This document shows positions 47,770 to 57,505 of a DNA stretch of 64,000 nt, piece by piece. The position numbers and the translations under genes are program-made. This stretch comes from Candidatus Curtissbacteria bacterium RIFCSPHIGHO2_12_FULL_41_17. GTDB lineage: Bacteria > Patescibacteriota > Microgenomatia > Curtissbacterales > GWA2-41-24. Position 1 is the stretch's first letter, and every line of letters starts with the position of its first letter. The stretch covers positions 2,782-66,781 of the forward strand of contig MFBL01000043.1 of the NCBI GenBank assembly GCA_001774945.1, in the 5' to 3' direction. The notes under the pieces are model-generated. The model was not told where the DNA came from and made no database searches. It was given only the letters and a program-made list of their open reading frames with translations.

Positions 47770-48740
47770 TTGGTCAGATCTTCACCAACAGATTTCTTTT
47801 TTTCATTTAATATCTCATCAATAATGTATACGGGTCTTGACTTAGTTTCTTCAACGATAACTTGGATATATTTACCTATAATACTAATTGCCAAAAGCTG
47901 AATTCCCCCAAAGAAGACAATACTAACAACAATGGTTACGGCAGCTTTAATAGGATTTCCAAATAACAAGAAAATCAGCAGATAAGCAATGATAAAAAGA
48001 AATGAAAGTAAGACCAGAATAAAGCTAATATAGACCATCAGATCCAAAGGTAAATAGGAAAAACCGAAAAAGCTTCTTTCGGCATGTTTAATGTACCTGA
48101 AAAAATTATATGAACTCTTCCCCCTTTTTCTCTTTTGTCTTTTATATTCCACGTAATCAGTTTTAAATCCAACCCAGGCCCTAAGGCCCCTAAACATCCT
48201 GTACTTTTCCGGCAATGATTGAATTGCCCTTAAAACTTTTCTGTCTAACAGTCCATAACTTCCACTATTTACTGGAATGTATATGTCCGAAATTGCTTTA
48301 AAAATTTTGTAATAAGTTTTTCTTAAAAGAGTCATTATCAAACTATCCTCAATTTTTGTACGTATTCCCACCACAACATCAAACCCTTTTTCCCAGCGGT
48401 CGATAAACTGCGGTATCAAATGAGACGGATCTTGCAAATCAGCCTCGTAAATAATTACTGCATCGCCGTTAGTCTTATCTAGTCCTGCATGAACTGATGC
48501 TTCCGGGCCGAAATTCCTTGACAAAAAAATGCCAACCACATTTTTGTCTTTTTTTGCAAGATCTCGGATTTCTTTTCTCGTATTATCCAAACTTCTATTG
48601 TCAACAAAAACAAATTCGTAGGCATAATTTTTAATTTTAGTAATTACATTTTTTAATTCCCTATAAACTTGGAGGACATTCTCCTCCTCATTAAAACAGG
48701 GAATTACAAAAGAAATAATTTTTTTCCTATTACTTATCAT
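47766..48740 (-). CDS. GtrB/ArnC-like GT2 polyprenyl-phosphate glycosyltransferase with C-terminal TM helices.
   Basis: Carries ISFVIPCFNEEENV and IYEADLQDP. Two C-terminal hydrophobic helices follow (ISFILVLLSFLFIIAYLLIFLLF...). Confidence 0.7.
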   Translation of the reverse strand: MISNRKKIISFVIPCFNEEENVLQVYRELKNVITKIKNYAYEFVFVDNRSLDNTRKEIRDLAKKDKNVVGIFLSRNFGPEASVHAGLDKTNGDAVIIYEADLQDPSHLIPQFIDRWEKGFDVVVGIRTKIEDSLIMTLLRKTYYKIFKAISDIYIPVNSGSYGLLDRKVLRAIQSLPEKYRMFRGLRAWVGFKTDYVEYKRQKRKRGKSSYNFFRYIKHAERSFFGFSYLPLDLMVYISFILVLLSFLFIIAYLLIFLLFGNPIKAAVTIVVSIVFFGGIQLLAISIIGKYIQVIVEETKSRPVYIIDEILNEKKKSVGEDLTK

Positions 48741-49432
48741 TTGCCTTGTAGTAAATATTTTTTTAAGTCAAAAAATTTCTCAATAATGAGATCTGCATTA
48801 GATAAAAATTTTGCGGGTAACGTTGACCGTATCGCAATACAGTAAAGCCCAGCGCCTGAAACCGAAAGTATTCCTAGTGGAGCATTTTCAACTGCTACTG
48901 CCTCATGTGATTCTACTTCGAGCATCTCAAGAGCCCTCTTATAAGGGTCAGGACTAGGCTTTACTTTTAAATTCATATCTCCTGTTATCAAGACATCAAA
49001 AAGAGCCAAAAGTTTTCCAGGAGCCGTCTTGGCAAGTCTCAATTTAGTTGCTCCACTAACTAGCGCCAATAATTTCTTTGAGGCTTTTAGCCTTTTTAAT
49101 ATTTGTAATACCCCTGGATATAATCTTAATTTATTAAAATTAACATAGACATTGTCTTTATCGCGGGCAATTTTTAAAATTTGACTTTCCGAAAGTTTCA
49201 GTTTGTTATTTAAAACGATGGTTCTGGCAACTCCAGCTGGGTTCATTCCTTCAAGTGGTAGATAGTCATTTTTCCGAAGCGAAACCTTTTGCTTCAAAAA
49301 AACTTTACGCCAAGCACGAAAATTATCATACATACTATCAACTAAAACCCCATCATAATCAAATAATACTGCTTTTAACCTCTTGGGAAATTGTCGTTTA
49401 TTCACACTGACCTTATCTTCTCCAGATTTCAA
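48737..49432 (-). CDS. HAD-superfamily hydrolase (beta-phosphoglucomutase-like phosphatase).
   Basis: Carries AVLFDYDGVLVDS (motif I) and VSGATK. Confidence 0.65.
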   Translation of the reverse strand: MKSGEDKVSVNKRQFPKRLKAVLFDYDGVLVDSMYDNFRAWRKVFLKQKVSLRKNDYLPLEGMNPAGVARTIVLNNKLKLSESQILKIARDKDNVYVNFNKLRLYPGVLQILKRLKASKKLLALVSGATKLRLAKTAPGKLLALFDVLITGDMNLKVKPSPDPYKRALEMLEVESHEAVAVENAPLGILSVSGAGLYCIAIRSTLPAKFLSNADLIIEKFFDLKKYLLQGK

Positions 49433-50318
49433 CCCTATTCAGATTTAACGAGTTTTTATCAATCTTCGAAATATTTTTTTGGTACCACCTGTACAAGTAT
49501 TCAAGTTTTTCATCAAAATTGCTAAATTTCAAACCTATTATTTCATCTTTAAGTCTTTGGTTATCACACGTATATTCATTATTTAACCCACTTTTCATAA
49601 TTTTTATAGGTAATTTTTTACCAGAAATTTTGAGAATTTTTTGGGCAATTGAAACAAGATCAATAGGCACACCCGTACCTACGTTATAAGTTTTAAATTT
49701 CCCATCATGCGTCAGGAAATGGTCTAAAATCTTAGTAAAGTCCTCGACATAGAGATAGTCGAAAAATATATTCTGATTAATAGTAATCGGCATATTAAAA
49801 ATTACTTTACAGATTGTGTTGGAAATAAAACGGTATTGCCAATTCTCATATTTCCCATAGAGTCCAAAGATTCTTAAGTTAACTATATTTTCAGACTTTT
49901 CGATGTACTTTGCGCAAATGTACTTGTAAAGGCCAAAATCATCCGATGGGATTCTTGAATCGAAATCAGTTTCTTTAACTTTGCTAATTGAAAGTTGCTT
50001 GCCATATTCGGCGCCTGAGCCGACTAAAATCATTTTTTTAAAAAACTGATCATTTCGAACAATATTGAAGAACATTCTTAGATTATAAGAAGTTACATGC
50101 TCAAAATTTGCTTCTTTCTGATTTCCACCGCGATTTGCTAAATGAATTACTATATCAATAGGGTTCTTTTTCATGAATTTATAAACAGCATCAGAGTCGA
50201 CAAGTTCCAATTCATCGTGCGAAGGTGCAATGAACTGATATTTTTTATCCAAAAGTTCAAAAATATTTCTGCCAATGAAGCCTTGTTTACCCGTTAAAAA
50301 AATTTTGAGCTTTGCCAT
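49413..50318 (-). CDS. NAD-dependent epimerase/dehydratase family protein.
   Basis: Carries IFLTGKQGFIGRNI and YKYICAKY. Confidence 0.55.
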   Translation of the reverse strand: MAKLKIFLTGKQGFIGRNIFELLDKKYQFIAPSHDELELVDSDAVYKFMKKNPIDIVIHLANRGGNQKEANFEHVTSYNLRMFFNIVRNDQFFKKMILVGSGAEYGKQLSISKVKETDFDSRIPSDDFGLYKYICAKYIEKSENIVNLRIFGLYGKYENWQYRFISNTICKVIFNMPITINQNIFFDYLYVEDFTKILDHFLTHDGKFKTYNVGTGVPIDLVSIAQKILKISGKKLPIKIMKSGLNNEYTCDNQRLKDEIIGLKFSNFDEKLEYLYRWYQKNISKIDKNSLNLNRVEIWRR

Positions 50319-50333
50319 TTCCAGGTTGAAGTT

Positions 50334-51377
50334 TTATAGCGAAAATTTAATATTATACTGAGAAATTAGTTTTTTGAATTCTTGGTAGTCGAAGTTACTT
50401 ATCGGAATTCCTGTTTTTATTCTAATCTTATATACTTCCTTTTCTGGGTCACCGGCGACCATAACTCTTTGATCGTTTGAGGCTACAGACTTCTTGCGAA
50501 GTGCATCGCAAAGGTCTCTTAGGCTCCTTTTAAAAATTTCCAACCTTATATAACGAGAAATATCTATAGCCATAAAGAAATGTCCGAGTCTACGTTTCTT
50601 ATTAGTGAGTGGGTACATTGGTACGATTTTTCTCCCGTAAGGCATTCCAGATAAAAGGGAGCATAAAATTTCAATAGCTAAAGCTAGTCCATACCCTTTA
50701 TACCCACCTATTGGATAGAGCCCAACTGCTTTCATGGGATCAGTAGTGATTTTTCCGTTTTTATCAACTGCCCAACCAAAATCGAGGGCCTTTTTTTTAG
50801 ACTTATAAACAAGAATTTTATTCCAGGAAATTTGACTGGTGGCCATGTCTAAGCACAAGGGTTCTTCACCTGTCATTGGAGCAGCAAAGGAAATCGGATT
50901 GGTTCCTAGATATGGTTTTCTTCCGCCGTATGGCACTACCAATGAATCAACATTGGTAAAAGCAAAACCGATCATGTTCTTCTTTGCTGCCAAAAGCGTA
51001 TAGATGGCAGCTGCCCCGAAATGTGACGAATTTCTGACGCTGACTGCTCCTAGCCCTGTTTTTTTAGCAAGCATAGTTGCTTTCATCATAGCTTCGATGC
51101 CAGCAGCAATTCCGAAGCCATCATCAGCATCAAAGATTCCACAAGAAGGGGCCGTTTTAGTAAAAATAAATTTTGGATTCTTTTTAATTCTTCCTCTCTG
51201 AGTAGCACGTATGTAATGGGGAATAAGTCTGATCCCATGTGAATCGACGCCCCTCAAAGACGTATCCACTAGGCCATTGACTACTAGAGTGCTAATTTTC
51301 CTAGAGACTCCCACTGTTTTAAATAATTCGTAACCAAAATTGCGAAGTTTAAGATGGGGAACTAATTTTTCTCGCAT
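50334..51377 (-). CDS. Ldh_2-family (malate/L-lactate/sulfolactate dehydrogenase type 2) 2-hydroxyacid dehydrogenase.
   Basis: Carries GVDSHGIRLIP, HFGAAAIYT and GGYKGYGLALAIE, all family blocks. Confidence 0.7.
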   Translation of the reverse strand: MREKLVPHLKLRNFGYELFKTVGVSRKISTLVVNGLVDTSLRGVDSHGIRLIPHYIRATQRGRIKKNPKFIFTKTAPSCGIFDADDGFGIAAGIEAMMKATMLAKKTGLGAVSVRNSSHFGAAAIYTLLAAKKNMIGFAFTNVDSLVVPYGGRKPYLGTNPISFAAPMTGEEPLCLDMATSQISWNKILVYKSKKKALDFGWAVDKNGKITTDPMKAVGLYPIGGYKGYGLALAIEILCSLLSGMPYGRKIVPMYPLTNKKRRLGHFFMAIDISRYIRLEIFKRSLRDLCDALRKKSVASNDQRVMVAGDPEKEVYKIRIKTGIPISNFDYQEFKKLISQYNIKFSL

Positions 51378-53216
51378 CTATTCCTCATCGATTGGTTTAA
51401 TAATCATGTTCTTCAGAAACTCTTCACGGGGCAAAAATGGGTACATATCTTCCATAGGTTTGGAGATAACTTTCCCGTCGCTCCTGACGTATGAAGTCAC
51501 TTTTGGAATTAAAGGTTGTTTAGGGCCCATCATAATTTCGCAAATAAATGGACCTGGTTTGGAAAGTACATATTTTAATTGTCTTTTTAAGTTTTTATGG
51601 TTCTCGATTTTTATGGAAGGAATACCGTAGGCATAGGCAATTTTTTGCATGTCTGGGAAACTAATGCCACTTTTAGGATTTGCTCCGACATAATGTCCTT
51701 TAAAAAAGTTTTCTTGAGTAATGCGAATTGCTAAATAGCCGTCATTATTGAGTACGAAAATTTTGATAGGCAACCGATGATGAACAATAGTTTGTAATTC
51801 TTGAATGTTTAATTGAATACTGCCATCGCCCGCAAGACAAATAACTCTCTTTTTGCTATTGGCAATACAGGCTCCGATGGCAGCTGGTAAATCATAACCC
51901 ATCGAAGCACAGCCAACATTGCCTATAAGCCTTTGATTTTTCTTGAGTCTTATACATTGGTAGGTGCAGGTGAAGGCAGTGCCGTCTCCTACTACTATCA
52001 CTTCATCATCTTTCATCACGTCAGAGAGGATATCTATAAAGTAGTAAGAATTAACATATTTTTTTTGTTTTTTTTGCTCGGGCAAAACTGGCAGATATTT
52101 TTTTCTAATCCGCTTACAGTAATCATGCCATAGGTCCCATGAAGGCAATCCCTTGTTTTTAATTTGTCGACTAAGCTCTTTAATAAAGACTTTTGCATCA
52201 GCACAAATCGGTAAATCCGCATGAACCGTTTTTTTAACAAGTTCTGCTTTGTCAATGTCAATCATCACATGTTTGGCTTCCCTGGCAAAAGTTTTATAGG
52301 AAAAACTAACTACCCAAATTGAGAGTCTTGATCCAATGCTGATTAATAAATCACAATTCTGAACGACAAAATTGCCAACTCGTTCCCCAAAGATTCCCGG
52401 ACGGCCCAAGAATAACCGGTGGTCAGAAGGAATCAAATCATGGGCAGTAATGCCCGTTACTACTGGAATATTCAGTTTTTGAATTAATCGACCGAAATCG
52501 TCAACTGCTCCGGCAAGTCTGACGCCATTACCAGCCAGAATCAATGGTCTTTTTGACGCAAAAATTAACTTGACAGTTTGAGCAACCTTCTTTTTGACTT
52601 TACCTTGACTGTCAAGATCAAATTTAACCTCCCGTGGATTAAAGGGCTTTAACAAAGCAGGATTTACTCTTGCTGCTTGAATATCAAGGGGAATATCAAT
52701 CCAAACCGGACCTGGTCGACCGGACATTGCTAGATAAACTGCTTTTTCAAGATGACACCGAATCTCTTGAGGTTTGGTTACTGTCACTGCATATTTGGTT
52801 ACTGGCTTAACCATTGACACTATTGGTAGTTCTTGTATGCCAATCTGCCTGACCTTAGATTTACCTATCGTTGTTTCTAACTTAGGTTGCCCTGAAATAA
52901 ATAGTGTCGGGATTGAATCAAGCCATGAACCAATAAGACCGGTTAAGGTATTAGTGCCGCCTGGCCCGGCGGTAACGACACAAACACTCAATTTTCCGGA
53001 AAGTCTTGTATAGCTTTCGGCAGCCATCGCCGATGCTTGCTCATGGTGATTGCAAAAGTAGCGTATTTTTGAATTAGAACCAAAAGATTCATTAAGATGC
53101 ATGGCGTTGCCGCCAGTGATCATAAATACATCGCGAATGCCAAGGTCCACCAAATAAGAGACAAGATAATCAGAAAGTTTTATGAGATTATTTGATTTTT
53201 TGAGTTTTTCTGTCAT
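51378..53216 (-). CDS. Thiamine-pyrophosphate-dependent enzyme, acetolactate synthase large subunit-like (about 610 aa).
   Basis: Has three ALS-like domains: TPP_N (ITGGNAMHLNESF), central (VTGITAHDL) and TPP_C (GCASMGYDLPAAIGA...AGDGSIQLNIQEL). The ORF is open to 53333, but the likely start is MTEKLKK at about 53216. Confidence 0.65.
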   Translation of the reverse strand: MTEKLKKSNNLIKLSDYLVSYLVDLGIRDVFMITGGNAMHLNESFGSNSKIRYFCNHHEQASAMAAESYTRLSGKLSVCVVTAGPGGTNTLTGLIGSWLDSIPTLFISGQPKLETTIGKSKVRQIGIQELPIVSMVKPVTKYAVTVTKPQEIRCHLEKAVYLAMSGRPGPVWIDIPLDIQAARVNPALLKPFNPREVKFDLDSQGKVKKKVAQTVKLIFASKRPLILAGNGVRLAGAVDDFGRLIQKLNIPVVTGITAHDLIPSDHRLFLGRPGIFGERVGNFVVQNCDLLISIGSRLSIWVVSFSYKTFAREAKHVMIDIDKAELVKKTVHADLPICADAKVFIKELSRQIKNKGLPSWDLWHDYCKRIRKKYLPVLPEQKKQKKYVNSYYFIDILSDVMKDDEVIVVGDGTAFTCTYQCIRLKKNQRLIGNVGCASMGYDLPAAIGACIANSKKRVICLAGDGSIQLNIQELQTIVHHRLPIKIFVLNNDGYLAIRITQENFFKGHYVGANPKSGISFPDMQKIAYAYGIPSIKIENHKNLKRQLKYVLSKPGPFICEIMMGPKQPLIPKVTSYVRSDGKVISKPMEDMYPFLPREEFLKNMIIKPIDEE

Positions 53217-53973
53217 GATGCGAAATTGTGAGGTATATGATATCATCACGTGCCAAAATTTTCGGCCGGCTTTGTATCTCCGAAAGCAAAGCAATTTCCC
53301 CACAGCTAAGAAGAATTTCTCCTCGATCATCAACTAATCCTCCTTTTAATATGCCCACTAAGTGAGCTGATTCTGTTTTCAACTGTTGATCAATATCCAA
53401 TCCTCTTTCAAAAGAAATTAAAGTTAAATTGCAATCACCAATAAGTTTTCTATCTTTTTTCTTTAAAGGTTCTTTATGAAAATGAACATATCGATATTGC
53501 TTTGTTTTATTAGTCATCTTACTTTGTCCTTCATACTCTTGATTTTCTCGGCCATATTCGTCTTTTAATCTAATTAAGTCTTTCTTATTCGGGGGTGATT
53601 CAATTTCCATAATAAACGCCCCCCCCCTGGAGATAGTTTTAGTCCTGTGAAAGACGGCTTCCTCTATACTTATTCCTTCACACTTACCAAATTCAAACCA
53701 GCCTTCAAGTGTTGATACAAGAACCCTTCCAGAAAGCACCATCAGCGAAGTTTTTTTATTGGGATGGCAATGCATTGAGGTTGCGTGATTATATTTCAAA
53801 AAGAGAACCCATACTGCCACTTCCGGATTTTCATACATTAAATATTCATATCCCCAAGGCTTATTAACAATTATTCCTCTATAATTAAAAGCGTCTTTAC
53901 TATGAGGAACTGCAGTCCTAAGACGAGATAAGTTTTCGATATCCGATTTGGATCTAAATATCCGCTTAATCAT
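53188..53973 (-). CDS. Cupin-domain protein (type II mannose-6-phosphate-isomerase-like).
   Basis: VNKPWGYEYLMYENPEVAVWVLFLKYNHATSMHCHPNKKTSLMVLSGRV matches the ManC C-terminal cupin pattern. Confidence 0.45.
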   Translation of the reverse strand: MIKRIFRSKSDIENLSRLRTAVPHSKDAFNYRGIIVNKPWGYEYLMYENPEVAVWVLFLKYNHATSMHCHPNKKTSLMVLSGRVLVSTLEGWFEFGKCEGISIEEAVFHRTKTISRGGAFIMEIESPPNKKDLIRLKDEYGRENQEYEGQSKMTNKTKQYRYVHFHKEPLKKKDRKLIGDCNLTLISFERGLDIDQQLKTESAHLVGILKGGLVDDRGEILLSCGEIALLSEIQSRPKILARDDIIYLTISHHDRKTQKIK

Positions 53974-54507
53974 TTAGGATATTTTACTTATCAGGCTGAC
54001 GGTAGTTTTCATCCAACTAGCAAGATTGTGTGGATGATCCGAAGTGATAATGTTTCCGTCAACGACTACAGCCTCTTGGTGGTAGATGGCTCCAGCGTTG
54101 ATAAGGTCATCTTTCATGCCGATGTAACAAGTCGCATTCTTTCCTTTTAAAATTCCTGCCGAGATTAAAACCCATGGGCCATGACAAGTACTTGAAACAA
54201 TCTTTCCAGTTTTATTCATCTTGCGCACAAATTGCAAAATTTTTTTTACTTGTCTGACCCTATCTGGAGCTTCATGCCCACCCGGGATAATCACTGCGTC
54301 GTACTTTTTAACAGATAGATCATTTATAAGTACTGTAGGTTTTATAGGGTAGCCATGTTTGCCTTTGATCTCACTATCGCTACTGGTGGCTATGTCAGTT
54401 TTTATTTTGGATTCTTGGAGTCTAAAATAAGGGTAGATTACTTCCGGGTCTTCAAAGCCCGGTCCGGTAATAATTACTGCCTTTTTTATTTTCATTCTTG
54501 CAACCAA
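53974..54507 (-). CDS. DJ-1/PfpI-family protein (class I glutamine-amidotransferase-like fold).
   Basis: Carries AVIITGPGFED, IIPGGHEAPD and SSTCHGPWVL with the nucleophile Cys. Confidence 0.6.
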   Translation of the reverse strand: MVARMKIKKAVIITGPGFEDPEVIYPYFRLQESKIKTDIATSSDSEIKGKHGYPIKPTVLINDLSVKKYDAVIIPGGHEAPDRVRQVKKILQFVRKMNKTGKIVSSTCHGPWVLISAGILKGKNATCYIGMKDDLINAGAIYHQEAVVVDGNIITSDHPHNLASWMKTTVSLISKIS

Positions 54508-55283
54508 TGAGACTTATTTTTATCTACTAGGTCGGCTAAAAACAGGTAATCACGATCTGTATCGAGCCATCGCCAAAATCCATGATGTGGGTAAATTGCT
54601 AGCTGGCTATCTTTGATCAAATTTTCAAAGACTTCTGTTTCAAGCATGCATTCATTAAATGGTGAAAGATAGGAAAAGACTTGACTTTTAAAAACCATGA
54701 AACCGCCATTAATGTAACGCTCAATCAAGTGAGACTTAACATTGGCCGCATTATAAAAACCAATTGCCAAATTTTTCTTTACCAAAAGTTCTCCTATCCG
54801 GAAAGGAGGAACCACCCCACTGATTGTGGCGATTTTTTTATTTTTTTTATGAAATTTCAGAAGTTTTTCTAAATTGACATCCGCTAAACAGTCAGCATAA
54901 GTCACCATAAAATCTGATTCCTTGTCCAGGTATTTCTTACATCTGGCAATACGCGAACCAGTCAAAGCTGCTTCCCCAGTATCTACAAGTGTTATTTTCC
55001 ATTCAGATTCGCCATGCCTACTTAATTGTTCAAAGTCATCGCCTTTGGAAAGCTCGATGCGTACATCACCAGTATACAGATCATAATTGGCAAAAAAATC
55101 TCTAATCATTTCTCCCTTGTAGCCAAGCGCCAAAATAAATTCATTAAAGCCAAACAGTGAATATCGCTTCATTACATGCCAAACAATAGGCCTATGTCCA
55201 AGCTTGACCATCGCTTTTGGGATGTAGTCAGATTGTTGAGCAAGTCTAATGCCTCTTCCGCCGCACAGAATTACTACTTTCAT
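54492..55283 (-). CDS. Glucose-1-phosphate cytidylyltransferase paralog (RfbF-like).
   Basis: MKVVILCGGRGIRL...PKAMVKLGHRPIVWHVMKRYSLFGFNEFILALGYKG is collinear with Salmonella RfbF. Confidence 0.7.
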   Translation of the reverse strand: MKVVILCGGRGIRLAQQSDYIPKAMVKLGHRPIVWHVMKRYSLFGFNEFILALGYKGEMIRDFFANYDLYTGDVRIELSKGDDFEQLSRHGESEWKITLVDTGEAALTGSRIARCKKYLDKESDFMVTYADCLADVNLEKLLKFHKKNKKIATISGVVPPFRIGELLVKKNLAIGFYNAANVKSHLIERYINGGFMVFKSQVFSYLSPFNECMLETEVFENLIKDSQLAIYPHHGFWRWLDTDRDYLFLADLVDKNKSHWLQE

Positions 55284-55359
55284 GATTGGATGTCATTATA
55301 TAATAATTTATGTCTTCATCAAAAAATAGATGAGACCATATCAGTAGGAATGTTAAAAG

Positions 55360-55770
55360 ATGAATTCGGTGTTGTTTAAATCTACTCAAGGAGAAAACTT
55401 TAGACTTAGTAGCAAATTTATATTTGTTGGTATTTTAAATACTATCGTTGGCTATGGACTTTTCGCCCTGCTTATTGATCTTAATATTTTCTATCTTTTA
55501 TCTCTAACCATTTCCCATATCGCTGGTACAATTCATAGTTATCTTTGGAATCGACTTTTCACCTTTAAGTCAAAAAGCAGCATAGTAAAGGAGATAACCA
55601 AATTTGTCACTGTTTATACTTTTATTTATCTTACTAATTTTGTTTTACTATACGTTGCCGTGGATTTATTGCAGCTTAATACTTTGATTGCTCAACTGTT
55701 TATTTTGGGGGTAGTAACAGTGATCTCATTTTTAAGCCAAAGATACTGGACTTTTAGAAGATATTATTAG
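55360..55770 (+). CDS. GtrA-family small membrane protein.
   Basis: A 136-aa protein with four TM helices. It carries FIFVGILNTIVGYGLFALLI and is divergent from an RfbF gene. Confidence 0.6.
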   Translation: MNSVLFKSTQGENFRLSSKFIFVGILNTIVGYGLFALLIDLNIFYLLSLTISHIAGTIHSYLWNRLFTFKSKSSIVKEITKFVTVYTFIYLTNFVLLYVAVDLLQLNTLIAQLFILGVVTVISFLSQRYWTFRRYY

Positions 55771-56735
55771 CTAGAACTTTTAACTTCTTGAAAATACTCC
55801 TTGTACCATTCGTAAATATCTTTGATCGTTTTATCGATGTTACTTGCCGGCTTCCAGGCAAGCATTTTTCTTATTTTATTAAAATTAATTGATTGCTGGG
55901 GTATTTCATTAATTGCGCTTTTGGTAATCCGGTACTTTATTTTTCTACCCAATTTTTTTTCAATCTTGCCCAAAAGTGCAAGGACCGAAAGATTTTCGCG
56001 TGATGATACATTGAAAACTTCGCCCTTTATTTTTTGGATATTTTTGGAGCAGACAATCAAAGCCTCAACAATATCTTTAACATAAACGTAATCTCTTATG
56101 TATTTGCCATCGCTTCTGACATCTAAGACATCTCTTTTGACAATTGCCTTGAGCGCTCCAGGGATAATCCGGCTAAAATTGATGTCACCTTCGCCATAGA
56201 CATTTCCGAACCTTACCACAACGGTAGGCAAATTATACGTCTTAAAATACGTAGTGGTTATAAGATCACAGGCGGCTTTTGACGTTTCGTAAGGATGATC
56301 TCCCGAAAGTGGATCCTTTTCAGATGCTTTAGGAATTTTCCCATAGGCTTTATCAGATGAAACAACAATTATTCCTTGAACTTTTCCATATAATCTTGCA
56401 GCCTCCAGAACATTAGCAGTGCCTATGATATTAGTTTCAAAAGTTTCCAGTGGGTTATAATAAGCGGTTGGTACTATCGATTGGGCAGCCAGATGGAAAA
56501 TGAAATCAATTTCGTATTTAGTGACAATGTCCAGTGTCCTTTTGAAATTTTTCAGATCTTTCTGGACTAAAATTACATATCTTGCAAGTCTTTGGCGCAA
56601 AAAATAAGACTTTGGATTTAGACTTTGGTAGGGGACAATAACATTTGCCTTGTCGTTAATTAACCTTTTAACTAGATGACTTCCTATAAATCCCGTTCCT
56701 CCAGTAACTAAAACATTTTTTCCCGTTAATCCCAT
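55767..56735 (-). CDS. CDP-glucose 4,6-dehydratase-like SDR (RfbG-like).
   Basis: Carries VLVTGGTGFIGSHL, SSDKAYGK and YETSK. It lies adjacent to rfbF. Confidence 0.6.
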   Translation of the reverse strand: MGLTGKNVLVTGGTGFIGSHLVKRLINDKANVIVPYQSLNPKSYFLRQRLARYVILVQKDLKNFKRTLDIVTKYEIDFIFHLAAQSIVPTAYYNPLETFETNIIGTANVLEAARLYGKVQGIIVVSSDKAYGKIPKASEKDPLSGDHPYETSKAACDLITTTYFKTYNLPTVVVRFGNVYGEGDINFSRIIPGALKAIVKRDVLDVRSDGKYIRDYVYVKDIVEALIVCSKNIQKIKGEVFNVSSRENLSVLALLGKIEKKLGRKIKYRITKSAINEIPQQSINFNKIRKMLAWKPASNIDKTIKDIYEWYKEYFQEVKSSS

Positions 56736-57505
56736 ATTTTCCAGGCAGGGTTTTCCTTCCAGAAGTTATTTAAGTCTTGGACATCTTGATAGGTATCCAT
56801 TGAATGAAAAAATTCCTTATGGTAGTAAACCGTCAGTTGTCTTTTTTCTATTAATTTGTAGAAAACATCTTCTATCATCGAATCCGGTTCAATATAATTA
56901 AAGATGCTTTTTTTAAATACCATAAATCCAACATTAATTAAATTCTTAATTTTTGCACGCTTTTCAAATTTTTTAGCCATTCCGTTTTTGTCAATTTCTA
57001 AACCGCCAAATTTTAAAATTGGGTGAGCTACTGTTACAGTGCCGATAGCCTTTTTGTTTTTGTGGTAACTTAGAAGATTGGCAATATTAATATCAGCAAC
57101 TCCATCACCATAAGTAACCATGAAATCATTGTCATTGATGTATTTTTTTAACCTTCTTACCCGTTCTCCAGTCAGCGATTCTTGCCCGGTATCAACGAAA
57201 GTAATTCTAAAATCATCTTTTTTTTCACCTTTATGATGTTTAATGCTGTGTTTATCCGTCACGAGCGTAAAATCTCCGTCATAATATTTTTTGTTAACAA
57301 AATAGTCTTTAATTAGATTTCCTTTATATCCGAGAGCAATAATAAAGTCACGGAATCCGAAGTGGGCGTAAATTTTCATGATATGCCAAAGGATAGGTTT
57401 ACCTCCAACTTCCACCATCGGTTTAGGTTTAAATTCTGTTTCTTCTTTAAGACGATAGCCAATGCCCCCGCAAAGTATTACGACTTTTATTCTACTGGCT
57501 CTCAT
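56726..57505 (-). CDS. rfbF: Glucose-1-phosphate cytidylyltransferase (RfbF).
   Basis: VVILCGGIGYRLKEETEFKPKPMVEVGGKPILWHIMKIYAHFGFRDFIIALGYKG is nearly collinear with Salmonella RfbF. Confidence 0.75.
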   Translation of the reverse strand: MRASRIKVVILCGGIGYRLKEETEFKPKPMVEVGGKPILWHIMKIYAHFGFRDFIIALGYKGNLIKDYFVNKKYYDGDFTLVTDKHSIKHHKGEKKDDFRITFVDTGQESLTGERVRRLKKYINDNDFMVTYGDGVADINIANLLSYHKNKKAIGTVTVAHPILKFGGLEIDKNGMAKKFEKRAKIKNLINVGFMVFKKSIFNYIEPDSMIEDVFYKLIEKRQLTVYYHKEFFHSMDTYQDVQDLNNFWKENPAWKIWD

